Assembly: GCA_963785725.1 (NCBI GenBank)
Contig: CAWAWS010000015.1
Coordinates: 96,001 to 160,000, forward strand
Length of the DNA stretch: 64,000 nt
Direction: 5' to 3'
Origin: an uncultured delta proteobacterium
Lineage (GTDB): Bacteria > Myxococcota_A > Polyangia > Palsa-1104
The notes under the pieces are model-generated. The model did no database searches. It was given only the letters and a program-made list of their open reading frames with translations, and was not told where the DNA came from. Of this stretch, positions 26,662 to 36,722 are shown in pieces (within the stretch, counting starts at the first letter, position 1; every line of letters begins with the position of its first letter). A program made the translations under genes and the position numbers.

Positions 26662-29600
26662 AGCTGTGCAGCGTCTGCCACCGCGTCTTCGCCGACGACG
26701 ACCCGCGCTGTCCCGACGACGGTGAGACCTTGGCCCACGATCCGCTCATCGGCACGTCGCTGGGCCCGTTCGCCGTCGCCGGCTGGCTGGCCGAAGGCGG
26801 GCTCGGCATCGTCTACTACGGCGAGCACACCGGCATCCATCGGCCGGTGGCGGTGAAGCTGCTCAAGCCGGCGCTCATGTCCGACGAGGCGGCGCGACGA
26901 CGCTTCTTCACCGAGGCGCAGGTCGTCGCCAAGCTGCAGCATCCCCATCTCATCGACATCTTCGACTTGGGGACGGCGCCGGATGGTCGCGTCTATTACG
27001 TCATGGAGCTCTTGCAAGGGCGGACGTTGGCGGCGCGCATGGCCGAGTCGCCGCTGCCGTTCGCCGACCTCGTGCCGATCGTGCGCGACGTGTGCGAGGC
27101 GCTCGGCGTCGCGCACGCCATCGGGCTCGTCCACCGCGACCTCAAGCCGGCGAACCTGTTCCTCGTCGAGCGCGCCGGCGAGGCGCCGTTCGTCAAGGTG
27201 CTCGACTTCGGCATCGCCAAAGTGATCGGCGGCAACGACTCCGCGCCCGAGCAGCTGACGCGCACCGGGCATCTGTTGGGCACGCCGCAGTACATGGCGC
27301 CCGAGCAGATCGACGGCGGTACGGTCGACATTCGCGCCGATGTCTATGCGCTCGGCGTCATCGTGTACGAGCTGGCGACGGGGACGCTGCCGTTCGCGGC
27401 GCAGACCGTGGGCGGGCTGTTGAAGGCGCACCTGGTCGAGGCGCCGCCGCGGTTCGATGCCGCGCGCTTGGCGCCGGGCGTGCCGGCGGCGCTGGAAGCC
27501 GTGGCCTGGAAGGCGCTGCGCAAGCTGCCCGACGAGCGCTACGACTCGGCGCGCGCGCTGGCCGACGACTTGGGGCGCGCGGCGCGCGGCGAGCCGACGG
27601 CGGCCGAGGCCTGGTGGCGGCAGCAGCTCAGCGACGGCAAAGTGGCGCGCGATCGGCTGCCGTCGACGGTGGCGGCGACGGCCGAGCGGCCGGCGCCGGC
27701 GCGCCGTGGCCGAGCCCGCGTGGGCGTGGCGGCGGGCGCGATCGCGGTCGCCGTCGCCGCCGGCGGGCTGTGGTGGGCGCGCGGCCGGCATTCGCCGCCG
27801 CCGCCGGCGCCGATTGCAGCGACCGCGAAGCCGAAGAAGCCGCGCTCGCGCCTGCCCGAGCTGCATTCGCAGGCGCTCGGCATCTTGACGACGGCGCTCA
27901 AGGACGGCGACCCGGCGGTGCGCGCGCAGGCCATCGCCGCGCTCATGAGCGGCCGTGACGCGCGCCATCGCACGCTTATCGAGCCACTCGTCGACGACGC
28001 CGATTTGTCGGTGCGCGCGGCGGCGGCGGCGGCGTTGGCGGGCCTGGGCGCGCACGCGTCGCAGCCGGCGCTCCGGCGCGTCGTGGGCGCGCCGCCGCGG
28101 CTCGACGTCGCCGTGGCCGCGGCGCTGGTGCAGCTCGGCGACGACTCGGTGCTGGCGCCGCTGCGCCTGACGATGACCAAGGGCGACGACGCGACGCGGC
28201 TGAGCGCGGCCTTGGCGCTGGCCGATCGCGATCCGGCGGCCCGCGCGCTCTTGACGCGGCACCTGGCCGGCGCGCCGGCGAACGACCCGGCGTCGGCGGC
28301 GATCGCCGCGCGTTTGGCGACGCGAGACGCGGCGGCGCGCGACGCCATCGCCGCCGAGTTACAGGCCGCGAGCCCGGCGCGGCAGCTGACCGCCGCGACG
28401 ACGCTGATGCGCCTCGGCGACGAGCGCGGCCACGCGCGGCTGGGCGAGCTCGCCGCTGCCGAGACGCCGCTCGGCCTCGTCGCCTGCCGCGCGCTGGCTC
28501 AGCTCGACGATCAGACCTGCTTCGGCCGCTTTACGCGCGTCGTTCGCGATGATCAGCGGCCGCCGGGCGAGCGCGCCGTGGCCGCCGCCGGCTTGGGCGC
28601 GTCGGGCGAGAAGTCGGCGCTCGACGATCTGGCACGGCTGTTCGACGCCGGCGAGCCCGAGCTGCGCGTGGCCGCGGCCGGCGGCGTGCTGGCGATTTGG
28701 GGCGCCGATCCGCACGCGCTGGCCGCGCAGTCGACCGATTGGGCCACCAGCGCGCTCGCCGACGACGCCTGGAACGTGCGCGAGCAAGCGGCGACCGTGC
28801 TGGCCGACGCCGAGCCGACGACGGCGCTGCCGCTGCTCGGCCGCGCGCTGCACGATCGTCAGCCCGAGGTGCGCCGCGCCGCCGCGTCGTCGCTCGGTCG
28901 CGCGCGGTCGCCCGAAGCCGTGGCGTTGTTGGGCCAAGCGCTCGACGACAGCCAAGGCGACGTGCGCGTGACGGCGCTGCGCGCGCTCGGCAAGATGCAG
29001 CAGCCGTCGGCCAAGCCGCTGTTGGCGCGGCATCTCGATCGCGCCGGCACCAACCAGGCCGAGCGCGTCATCGCCGCCGGGCAGCTGGTCAAGCTCGGCG
29101 ATCGCAGCCGCGTCGGCGAGCTGACGTCGGCGTTGACGGCCGCCGATCCCGAGCTGCGGCGCGTGGCCGTCGAGGAGGCGGCGGCCGATCCGGCGCTCGG
29201 CCGCGACGCGGCGCACACGGCGCTCGGCGATCGCAACTTCGGCGTGCGCCTGACCGCGGCGCTGCAGCTGGCGCAACAGGGATCGAACGAAGGCGTCGCC
29301 GTCTTGCAAGAGGCGCTGAAGCAGCGGGGCAGCGGCGCCGCCGTCGAGTCGGTCGACGCGTGGATGGCGCTCGGCCATCTCGGCGTCGCGCCGGCGGTGC
29401 AGCTGTCGCCCAAGGCGCTGCTCGATTCGGGCAGCTTGGAGGTGCGCTTGGCCATCGTCAGCGACGGCGCACGCCTCGAGCCGGCGCAGGCGGCGTCGCT
29501 GTTGCGGCACGCGCTCGACGACCGCGACTGGCGCGTGCGGCTGCGCGCGCTCGACGGCATCGACGCGCTCGGCGGCTCCGTCGGCGCCCTGCGCCTGCAG

Positions 29601-30124
29601 CTGTTCAAGCGCGCGCTCGTCGACGCCGACGGCGGCGTGCGCGCCAAGGCCGGCCTCCTGTACGCGCACGCCGCGCCGCGCGACGCCGACGACGTCGAAG
29701 CGGCGCCGGCCGTGGCCGCGCCCGATTCTGGGCGTCGTCGCCGATCTGGCGCCCGCGGCCGACCTGGCGCCGCGCGCCGATTCTGGCGACGGGCGCCGAC
29801 TTGGCGCCGCGCGTCGATCCGGCGCCCGCGCTGCGCGCCGAGGACGCGCGTGAAGAGGCGCAGCTGGCGATGACGTCGGCCGCGATCGCCCTCGAATCCG
29901 GCCATTACGACGCGGCCATCGCCGGCCTCCAAAAGGCGCACAAGCTCGATGCACATCTGCGCGTCTATTTCCCGCTCGGCGAGGCCTATCGCAAGCAGGG
30001 CGACAACGAGCGCGACCCGAATCGCCAGCGCGCGGCCTACGCCAAAGCCATCGCCGCCTACGCCAAAGCCAACGACCCGCGCGCCCAGAGCTACGCGGCT
30101 GAGCTGCAAGAACGCCTGAAATGA
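26658..30124 (+). CDS. Membrane Ser/Thr protein kinase with N-terminal Cys motif, HEAT repeats and C-terminal TPR-like helices; two +1 frameshifts (~29727, ~29782)
   Basis: CSVC..CPDDG, VAVK, HRDLKPAN, DFG, YMAPE, TM, HEAT repeats. Removing one T from each of two GATTCTG restores PDLGVVADLAPAADLAPRADLATGADLAPR and joins the C-terminus ending ELQERLK at 30124. Confidence 0.85.
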
Positions 30125-30140
30125 GTGGTAAAATCGGCGG

Positions 30141-30731
30141 ATGAGCTCCGCCTCGACGTCGCGTCGCTTGCACCTCGGTTGCGGTCGCTCCATCTTGCCG
30201 GGCTGGATCAACCTCGATTCGTTCGCGCTGCCGGGCGTCGACGTCGTGGCCGATCTCGACCAGTGCGCGCACAAGCCGCTGCCGTTCGCCGACGACAGCA
30301 TCGACGAGATGATGGGCCGTCACGTGCTCGAGCACGTGCGCGACGCGCTGCCGCTCATGGCCGAGCTCTATCGCGTCGCCAAGCCCGACGCGCACGCCAT
30401 CTTCATGGTGCCGCACGGCGCCAGCGACGACGCCTACGAAGATCCGACGCACGTGCGCCAATATTTTCCGCAGTCGTTCGGCTATTTTTCGCAGCCGTTC
30501 TATTGGCGCGCCGACTACGGCTATCGCGGCGATTGGCAGCCGGAGCAGCTGATCTTGAAGGTGTCGAAGGCGCGCTACGAAGGTAAAAGCGTGCAGCAGG
30601 TGATGGCGGACGTCATGAGCCTGCGCAACGTCGTGCTGGAGATGACGGTGGGGTTGCGCGCGGTCAAGCCGGCGCGCGAGCCGCGGCGGGAGCTGCAGCA
30701 GCAGCCGCGCATCGAGCTGACGCTGGAATAG
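30141..30731 (+). CDS. Class I SAM-dependent methyltransferase
   Basis: LHLGCG, GWINLD, LPFADDSID, HVLEH, DPTH. Confidence 0.85.
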   Translation: MSSASTSRRLHLGCGRSILPGWINLDSFALPGVDVVADLDQCAHKPLPFADDSIDEMMGRHVLEHVRDALPLMAELYRVAKPDAHAIFMVPHGASDDAYEDPTHVRQYFPQSFGYFSQPFYWRADYGYRGDWQPEQLILKVSKARYEGKSVQQVMADVMSLRNVVLEMTVGLRAVKPAREPRRELQQQPRIELTLE

Positions 30732-30874
30732 GCTAGTACCTCGCCACAGTGATTTCGACCGATCCGCGCCGGTCTTCGACGTCCATGGCTTCGTTGCGTA
30801 TTCCTTCGTCGTCGCGCCTCGCCCTGAACGCCGAATCCGCGCCGGGGACCCAGCAAAATCACCGTGGCGAGGTA

Positions 30875-33800
30875 CTACGTGAAGACGTCGGCGACGTACT
30901 GGCCTTGGCGTTCGCGCTCGTCGAGCCAGCGGCCGGCTTCGTCGTCGCTGCAGCCGGTGGCGTCTTGGCGAATGCGCGCCAACGTCTCACGCACCGCCGG
31001 CGCCATGCGCGCGCCGTCGCCGCAGACGAAGACGACCGCGCCGCGCTCGATGAGCGCCTGCACGCGCGCCCGCTCTTTCCACAAGCGATGCTGCACGAAC
31101 ATGACGTCGCCGGCCGGCTGACGGAAGAACGCTGGCAACAGCTCGACGACGCCCTGCGCCTGCCAGCCGGCGAGCTCGTCGCGATAGAGGAGATCGACGT
31201 CGGGGTGGTCGCAGCCGAAGAAGAGCAGCGTCTCGGCGGCCGGGCCGGTGCCGAGCGCGCGCTCCTCGACGAAGCCGCGGAACGGCGCCATGCCGCTGCC
31301 GGCGGCGACGAGGATCATCGGCGTCATCCGATCGGCCGGCGGATGAAACGGCGTGTTGGGCGCGCGCACGCTGACGGCCACGGTGTCGCCCGGCTGCAGG
31401 CGCGCCAAGTGGCCCGACGCCGTGCCGCGATAACGGCCGCGCCCCGACCACGCCGGCGCGTCGACGACGGCGACGGTGAGCGTGCACTTGGTCGCGCCCG
31501 CCAGCGGTGACGACGAGATCGAATACTGCCGCGGCCGCATCGCCGGCACCATCTCCAAGAACGCCGCGAACGACAGCTCGCAGGCCATGAACTCGTCCAG
31601 CAGATCGAGCACGCTCACGCGCTTCTCGAGGATGTGCGTACGATATTTGTCGGTGTCGTCGGCGAGCGCCTGCAGCCGCAGCTTTTCCGGCGGGCACTGC
31701 GTGGCCTTGGCCAGCGCGCCGACCTGCTGCCGCGTCGCCGGCGTCGCCAGCTCGACGTGTCGCGTCAGCAGCTCACCGACGGTGATGGCGCGATCGGTGG
31801 GCAACGAAGCGGCGCCGGCGCGCGTCGCGTGCAGCTGCACGATGCGATCGGTCGCCAGCCGAAAACGCCGCGCCGCGCGCTCGACCTGCGCCGCGTCATT
31901 CTCCGGCAGCACGACCAGGTAGTCGCCCGTCCGATAGCGCATGCCGTCGGGGAGCTGCAGCTGCAGGTGACGCTTCGATCGACCGAGCGGCGACGTCATG
32001 TCGACGAGCTCGCGGTTCTCGAGGACCGTCGCGCGCGTCACGCCGTGCTGCGCGCACAAGGCGTCGCTGCCGCTGTCGACGCGCTCGATCTCGTAGAGCG
32101 CGCCCGTGGCCGCCTGGGTGGTGACGTCGAAGGCGCGATCGATCGCGACGGTGGCCGGCGCGTACCACGCCTCGAAGTCGCCGAAGAAGTCGGCGCGGGC
32201 GTCGGCTTCGCCGCGCGCGGTCAGCCGCTCGGCGCCGGCGGCGGCGAGCCGCTCGTCGATGCGCGCCGGGATCGCCTGATACGTCGCGGCCCAATCGCGG
32301 TTGCCGCAGCCGAAGACGGTGTAGCGCAGGCCGCGCAACGCGCCGGCGGGCACGCTGTCGAGCCACTCGCAGAAGCGGCGCGCGTTGTCGGGCGGCGCGC
32401 CGTTGTACGACGCCGTGACGACGAACAGCGCGCCGGTGGTCGGCAGCTTGCCGGCATAGTCGTCGAGCGGCGCGACCGTCGCCGCGTAGCCGCGGCCGAG
32501 CGCGTCGCCGGCCACGCGGCGCGCAAACGCCTCCGACGAGCCGGAGTTGGAGCCGAAGAGCACGAGTAGCGGCGTCGCGTGCGCGCCTTCGCCGAGCGGC
32601 GCCGGCGGCAGCGGCGGGGGAGTCGCGACTTTCGCCGTCGGGACATGACGCGCGCCGGGTGCCTTCGCTTTTGCGCGCACGGTCAAACCCTCGGGCTTGA
32701 GCGTCAGCGTCTCTTTGACTTGCAGCTGATAGCCCGGCTTCAGCGTCAGATCGAAGCGCTGCAGCATCATCGCCAACGCCAGCGCCGCTTCCTGCATGGC
32801 GAACGGCCGGCCGATGCAGGCGCGCTGACCGTGACCGAACGGCTTCCACGCGTTCACCGGCAGCTGCTCGCGACGGCCGGGCGCGAAACGCTCGGGATCG
32901 AACGTCTCGACATCGTCGCCCCAGACGGCCGGATCGCGGTGCAGCATCGGCGTCAACACCGTGATCTGCTCGCCCGCGGCCACCTCGTAGCGGCCATCGA
33001 GCACGACGTCTTGCTTGGGATACAAGGCGTAGGCCGGCGCCGTCGGCCACAGCCGCAGCGACTCGCGCAGCACCTGGTCGAGATAGACGAGCTCCGGCAT
33101 CTGCTCGAAGCGCGGCGGCTGACCGTCCAGCACCTCATCGAGCTCACGCTGCACGCGCGCCAGAACCTCGGGATGCTCGAGCAGCTGATAGGTCGTGAAC
33201 GACAGGAGGCCGCTCGTCGTCTCGTGGCCGGCGATGAGGAACGTCACCATCTGATAGCGGACGTTGACGTCGTCGAGCCCTTCGCCCGTCTGCGGGTCGC
33301 GGCCGGCGAGCATGAGGCCGAGGAGGTCGCGCGCCTGGTCGTCGGGATTGCGACGGCGCTCGGCGATCAGCTCGTCGACGATGCCGTTCATATAGGCGAT
33401 GTCTTCCGAATATTGCCGCTGCGTCATCAGCATGAGGCGGGTCTGCAGCGGCAGGCGCCGCGAGCGACCGCCCGCTTCCGCCAACGACCGCACCATGGCC
33501 TCGACGAACGGATGCATCTCGCGCTGATAGAAGCTGTTGAAGCGATAGCCGAAGCCGCACAGCGCGATCGTGTCCAGCGTCAGCCGCGTCATGTTGTCGG
33601 TGACGTCGAGGTCGACGTCGGCGCCGAGGCGCTCCCACTTCGTCAGCATCTGGTCGGCGATGTCGACCATGGCGTCGAAGTAGCCGCGCATCGCGCCCGG
33701 GCCGAACGCGGGCATGAGGATGCGGTGCGCGCGGCCCCAGTTGGGCTCGTCGGTGCGCGAGGTGAACAGGCCGTCGCCGGCGAAGTCGCGAATCTGCACG

Positions 33801-34045
33801 AGCGGTCCCGACAGGAGCTTGTCGAAGCGCGTCTCGTCCGAGACTTCGTCGACGAGCGCGTGCGAGCCGATGACGAGCGTGCCGCGGGTCGGCAAGGTCA
33901 GCCGATAGATCGGGCCGAGCTCGTGGCCGAGCCGCATCAGCGACTGAATCAGATGGTCGCCATCGAGCTCGGGCAGATGGCCCACGAGCGGGCGCAGCTT
34001 CGGCTGCGGAATCGGCGTGTAGACGCGGGAGGCGCGGCTGATCAT
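30875..34045 (-). CDS. cyp102: Bifunctional cytochrome P450/NADPH-P450 reductase (CYP102, P450 BM3-like)
   Basis: AGDGLFTS, AGHETTSG, ESLR, FGHGQRACIG heme motif; flavodoxin GSNSGSS/ASYNG; RQYSISSSP; GSGMAPFRGF. Confidence 0.95.
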   Translation of the reverse strand: MISRASRVYTPIPQPKLRPLVGHLPELDGDHLIQSLMRLGHELGPIYRLTLPTRGTLVIGSHALVDEVSDETRFDKLLSGPLVQIRDFAGDGLFTSRTDEPNWGRAHRILMPAFGPGAMRGYFDAMVDIADQMLTKWERLGADVDLDVTDNMTRLTLDTIALCGFGYRFNSFYQREMHPFVEAMVRSLAEAGGRSRRLPLQTRLMLMTQRQYSEDIAYMNGIVDELIAERRRNPDDQARDLLGLMLAGRDPQTGEGLDDVNVRYQMVTFLIAGHETTSGLLSFTTYQLLEHPEVLARVQRELDEVLDGQPPRFEQMPELVYLDQVLRESLRLWPTAPAYALYPKQDVVLDGRYEVAAGEQITVLTPMLHRDPAVWGDDVETFDPERFAPGRREQLPVNAWKPFGHGQRACIGRPFAMQEAALALAMMLQRFDLTLKPGYQLQVKETLTLKPEGLTVRAKAKAPGARHVPTAKVATPPPLPPAPLGEGAHATPLLVLFGSNSGSSEAFARRVAGDALGRGYAATVAPLDDYAGKLPTTGALFVVTASYNGAPPDNARRFCEWLDSVPAGALRGLRYTVFGCGNRDWAATYQAIPARIDERLAAAGAERLTARGEADARADFFGDFEAWYAPATVAIDRAFDVTTQAATGALYEIERVDSGSDALCAQHGVTRATVLENRELVDMTSPLGRSKRHLQLQLPDGMRYRTGDYLVVLPENDAAQVERAARRFRLATDRIVQLHATRAGAASLPTDRAITVGELLTRHVELATPATRQQVGALAKATQCPPEKLRLQALADDTDKYRTHILEKRVSVLDLLDEFMACELSFAAFLEMVPAMRPRQYSISSSPLAGATKCTLTVAVVDAPAWSGRGRYRGTASGHLARLQPGDTVAVSVRAPNTPFHPPADRMTPMILVAAGSGMAPFRGFVEERALGTGPAAETLLFFGCDHPDVDLLYRDELAGWQAQGVVELLPAFFRQPAGDVMFVQHRLWKERARVQALIERGAVVFVCGDGARMAPAVRETLARIRQDATGCSDDEAGRWLDERERQGQYVADVFT

Positions 34046-34063
34046 GGGACAGTCCTCCTGTTG

Positions 34064-34081
34064 ACTTATCGAACTATAAGT
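34064..34081. promoter_or_regulatory. Candidate operator palindrome ACTTAT-N6-ATAAGT just upstream of the CYP102 RBS
   Basis: Perfect 6-bp arms in an AT-rich intergenic region next to the AGGAGG RBS. Confidence 0.45.
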
Positions 34082-34259
34082 TCACGCTATCCCGATCGTC
34101 AAGTGACAAACACGCAATGCAGATAACGTTTCATGACTGAAACGTGCGTGAAACTGCGTTGTGTGACGCCAGAAACGCAAAACAGTCGCGTGATGACGCG
34201 ATATTTGACGCCAGGTCTACGAGATGAAAAAGGAAAAGATGGGTGCGGCTGGGTGACGA

Positions 34260-35636
34260 CTACGCGAGCGGGACGGTGAACTGGAACGTGCTGCCGCGGC
34301 CGACTTCGCTCTCGACCCAGATGCGGCCGTGGTGCGCTTCGACGATGCCCTTGGCGATGAAGAGGCCGAGGCCGGTGCCTTGGCGCGCCGTCGTCTCGAC
34401 CTGCCAGAAGCGCTCGAAGATGCGCGGCTGCGCCTCTTTGGGGATGCCGGGGCCGGCGTCGGCGACGATGAAGTGGGCGACGTGGCCGGTCGTGCGCGCG
34501 CCGATGCGGACGATGCTGCCGGCGGGCGAGAACTTGATGGCGTTGCCGATGAGGTTGGAGAAGACCTGCAACAAGCGGCCGCGGTCGCCGAGCAGGATGC
34601 GGCCGGTGGCGTCGTGGTCGATGTCGAGCGCCACCTGCTTGGCCGAGGCGATCGGCTGCATCAGCTCGAGCACGTCGCGCAACAGGTCGTCGACGAGCGT
34701 CGGCTTGGGCTCGATGACGAGGTGACCGGCCTCGATGCTGGCGAAGGAGAGCAGATCGCGGATCAGCGACTCCATGCGCTCGGTCGAGCGCTTGATCGTG
34801 TCGGCGTACTTCTGCAGCCGCGCCGGATCGGGCGCGCCGGCGCTGCGCGTCAGGAGCGCGGCCGCCATCGACACGGCGCTCAGCGGGCTGCGCAGATCGT
34901 GCGAGACGATGGCCAAGAGATCCTCGCGCACGCGCACGGCCTGCTGCGCCGCTTGATACAATCGCGCATTGTCGAGCGCCAGCGACGCGCGCTGCGCCAA
35001 GTCCTCGAGCATCGCCAGGTCGTCGGCGTCGTAGCGGCGATCGGACTCGGCGAAGGCGAAGGTCACGGCGCCGATCGTCTTGTCCTCGGACTTGAGCGGC
35101 ACGATGATGTAGGACTGCGCGCCCAAGCGCGCCAACAGCGGATCGCCCGACGCGGCCAGCGCGGCCGCCAGCGGCGGCGAGCACAGCGTCACCAGCTCCG
35201 ACGCGCCGGTCGCGAGCACCTTGGAGACGCCGAGCGGCGCGTTCGGGTCGACGGTGAAGCGGGCGCTGGGGATCTCGCGATCGTGCGTGTCCGGCTGCCA
35301 GTGCGCGCGCGCGGCGCGCTCGTAGCTGCAGTCGTCGACGAGGCGATCGACGACGCACCAGTCGGCGACGTCGGGCACGACGAGGCGCGTGAGCGTCGTC
35401 AGTCGCGCCGCGGTGTCGAGCGGCCCCGCGAACAGCGTGCTCGTCGCTTGATACAAGAAGGCGATGCGCCGCTGCGCCGCTTCGGCGTCGGCGCGCGCCC
35501 GCCGCTCGCTGCCGGCGTCGTCGGCGGGCACGGCCTCGAGGCCCGCCAGCGCGTCGACGGCCTGCGCGCGCGCCTGGTCATCGAGCGTCCCCAAGCGCTC
35601 GCGAACCAAGGCCAACAGCTCGCTCATCGATGACAT
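34260..35636 (-). CDS. GAF-domain sensor histidine kinase
   Basis: VPDVADWCVVD GAF, ALDNARLY, VSHDLRSPL, NLIGNAIKF, DAGPG, GTGLGL. Confidence 0.92.
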   Translation of the reverse strand: MSSMSELLALVRERLGTLDDQARAQAVDALAGLEAVPADDAGSERRARADAEAAQRRIAFLYQATSTLFAGPLDTAARLTTLTRLVVPDVADWCVVDRLVDDCSYERAARAHWQPDTHDREIPSARFTVDPNAPLGVSKVLATGASELVTLCSPPLAAALAASGDPLLARLGAQSYIIVPLKSEDKTIGAVTFAFAESDRRYDADDLAMLEDLAQRASLALDNARLYQAAQQAVRVREDLLAIVSHDLRSPLSAVSMAAALLTRSAGAPDPARLQKYADTIKRSTERMESLIRDLLSFASIEAGHLVIEPKPTLVDDLLRDVLELMQPIASAKQVALDIDHDATGRILLGDRGRLLQVFSNLIGNAIKFSPAGSIVRIGARTTGHVAHFIVADAGPGIPKEAQPRIFERFWQVETTARQGTGLGLFIAKGIVEAHHGRIWVESEVGRGSTFQFTVPLA

Positions 35637-35684
35637 CTCACGGCAACCGTTGGTTTAAGCATTCAGGTGGCAACTGCAAGGTAT

Positions 35685-36719
35685 TTACACGAGCTCGTTG
35701 AGGCGCGCGGAGATCAGGCTGAGCGGCAGGACTTGATCGGGCAGGCCGGCCTGGATCGCGGCCCGCGGCATGCCGAAGACGATCGAGCTCTCCTCGTCCT
35801 GCGCGATGACGAGGCCGCCCGCGTCGCGCAGGTGGCGCAGGCCGGAGACGCCGTCGTCGCCCATGCCGGTCAAGATGAGCCCGACCGCGGCCGCGCCGAC
35901 GTGCTTGGCGACGCTCTCGAACAGAAAGCTGCCCGAGGGACGAAAGCCACCGACGGGCGGCGCGTCGCTGATGATGACGACGTCGTTGCTGCCGACGCCG
36001 AGGTGACGGTTGTCGGGGCTCAAGTAGACCGTGCGCGGCTGTAGGGTTTCGCCGTGCTGCGCGACTTTGACGTGGAGCTTGCACGCCTTGTCGAGCCAGC
36101 TGGCGAGGCCGTCGGCGAAGCCGAGCGCGATGTGCTGCACGACCAGCATCGGCGCCGGAAAAGTGGCCGGCAGCTCGGTCAAGATGCGATGCAGCGCCGC
36201 CGGCCCGCCCGTCGACGCGGTCAGCGCCACCAGCCGCTTCTTGTCGCCGAGCGCGGCCGGGCGCGGGCGCGCGACGATGGGCTCGCCCACCGGCGAGGCC
36301 GAGGCGATGCGCCGCACCGTGCGCACCTGCGCCATCGATTTTACCGTCGACAACAGATAGCGGCACTCGCGCTCGAACTCGGGCGACTGCGGCGCCGGCG
36401 GCTTGGCGACGACGGCGAGCGCGCCGGCGCGCATGGCGTCCATCGAGACCATGACGTCGCGCGTGTCGAGCGTGCCCGACATGACGACGATCGGCGTCGG
36501 CGCCTCCGACATGATCTGCCGCGTCGCTTCGAAGCCGTCGACGCGCGGCATCTGGAAGTCCATCAGCACCAGGTTGGGACGTAGCCGCTTGGTCAGCTCC
36601 AAGCCCTGCTCGCCGTCTTTGGCCTCGCCCACGACTTCGATCTCGGCGTCCGAGCGCAAGATCGCGCCCAAGAGCGCGCGCGCCGTCGCTGAATCATCTA
36701 CGAGCAGTACACGAACCAT
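35685..36719 (-). CDS. cheB: Chemotaxis methylesterase CheB (REC + esterase)
   Basis: REC (LVDDS, LMD, KP); ASTGG, VQH, LTGMGDDG catalytic motifs. Confidence 0.95.
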   Translation of the reverse strand: MVRVLLVDDSATARALLGAILRSDAEIEVVGEAKDGEQGLELTKRLRPNLVLMDFQMPRVDGFEATRQIMSEAPTPIVVMSGTLDTRDVMVSMDAMRAGALAVVAKPPAPQSPEFERECRYLLSTVKSMAQVRTVRRIASASPVGEPIVARPRPAALGDKKRLVALTASTGGPAALHRILTELPATFPAPMLVVQHIALGFADGLASWLDKACKLHVKVAQHGETLQPRTVYLSPDNRHLGVGSNDVVIISDAPPVGGFRPSGSFLFESVAKHVGAAAVGLILTGMGDDGVSGLRHLRDAGGLVIAQDEESSIVFGMPRAAIQAGLPDQVLPLSLISARLNELV

Positions 36720-36722
36720 GGG

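Noticed and set aside
30141..34045. Methyltransferase plus P450 as a secondary-metabolite cluster
   Set aside because: The genes are convergent, each has its own promoter-like element, and no scaffold synthase or precursor peptide is visible.
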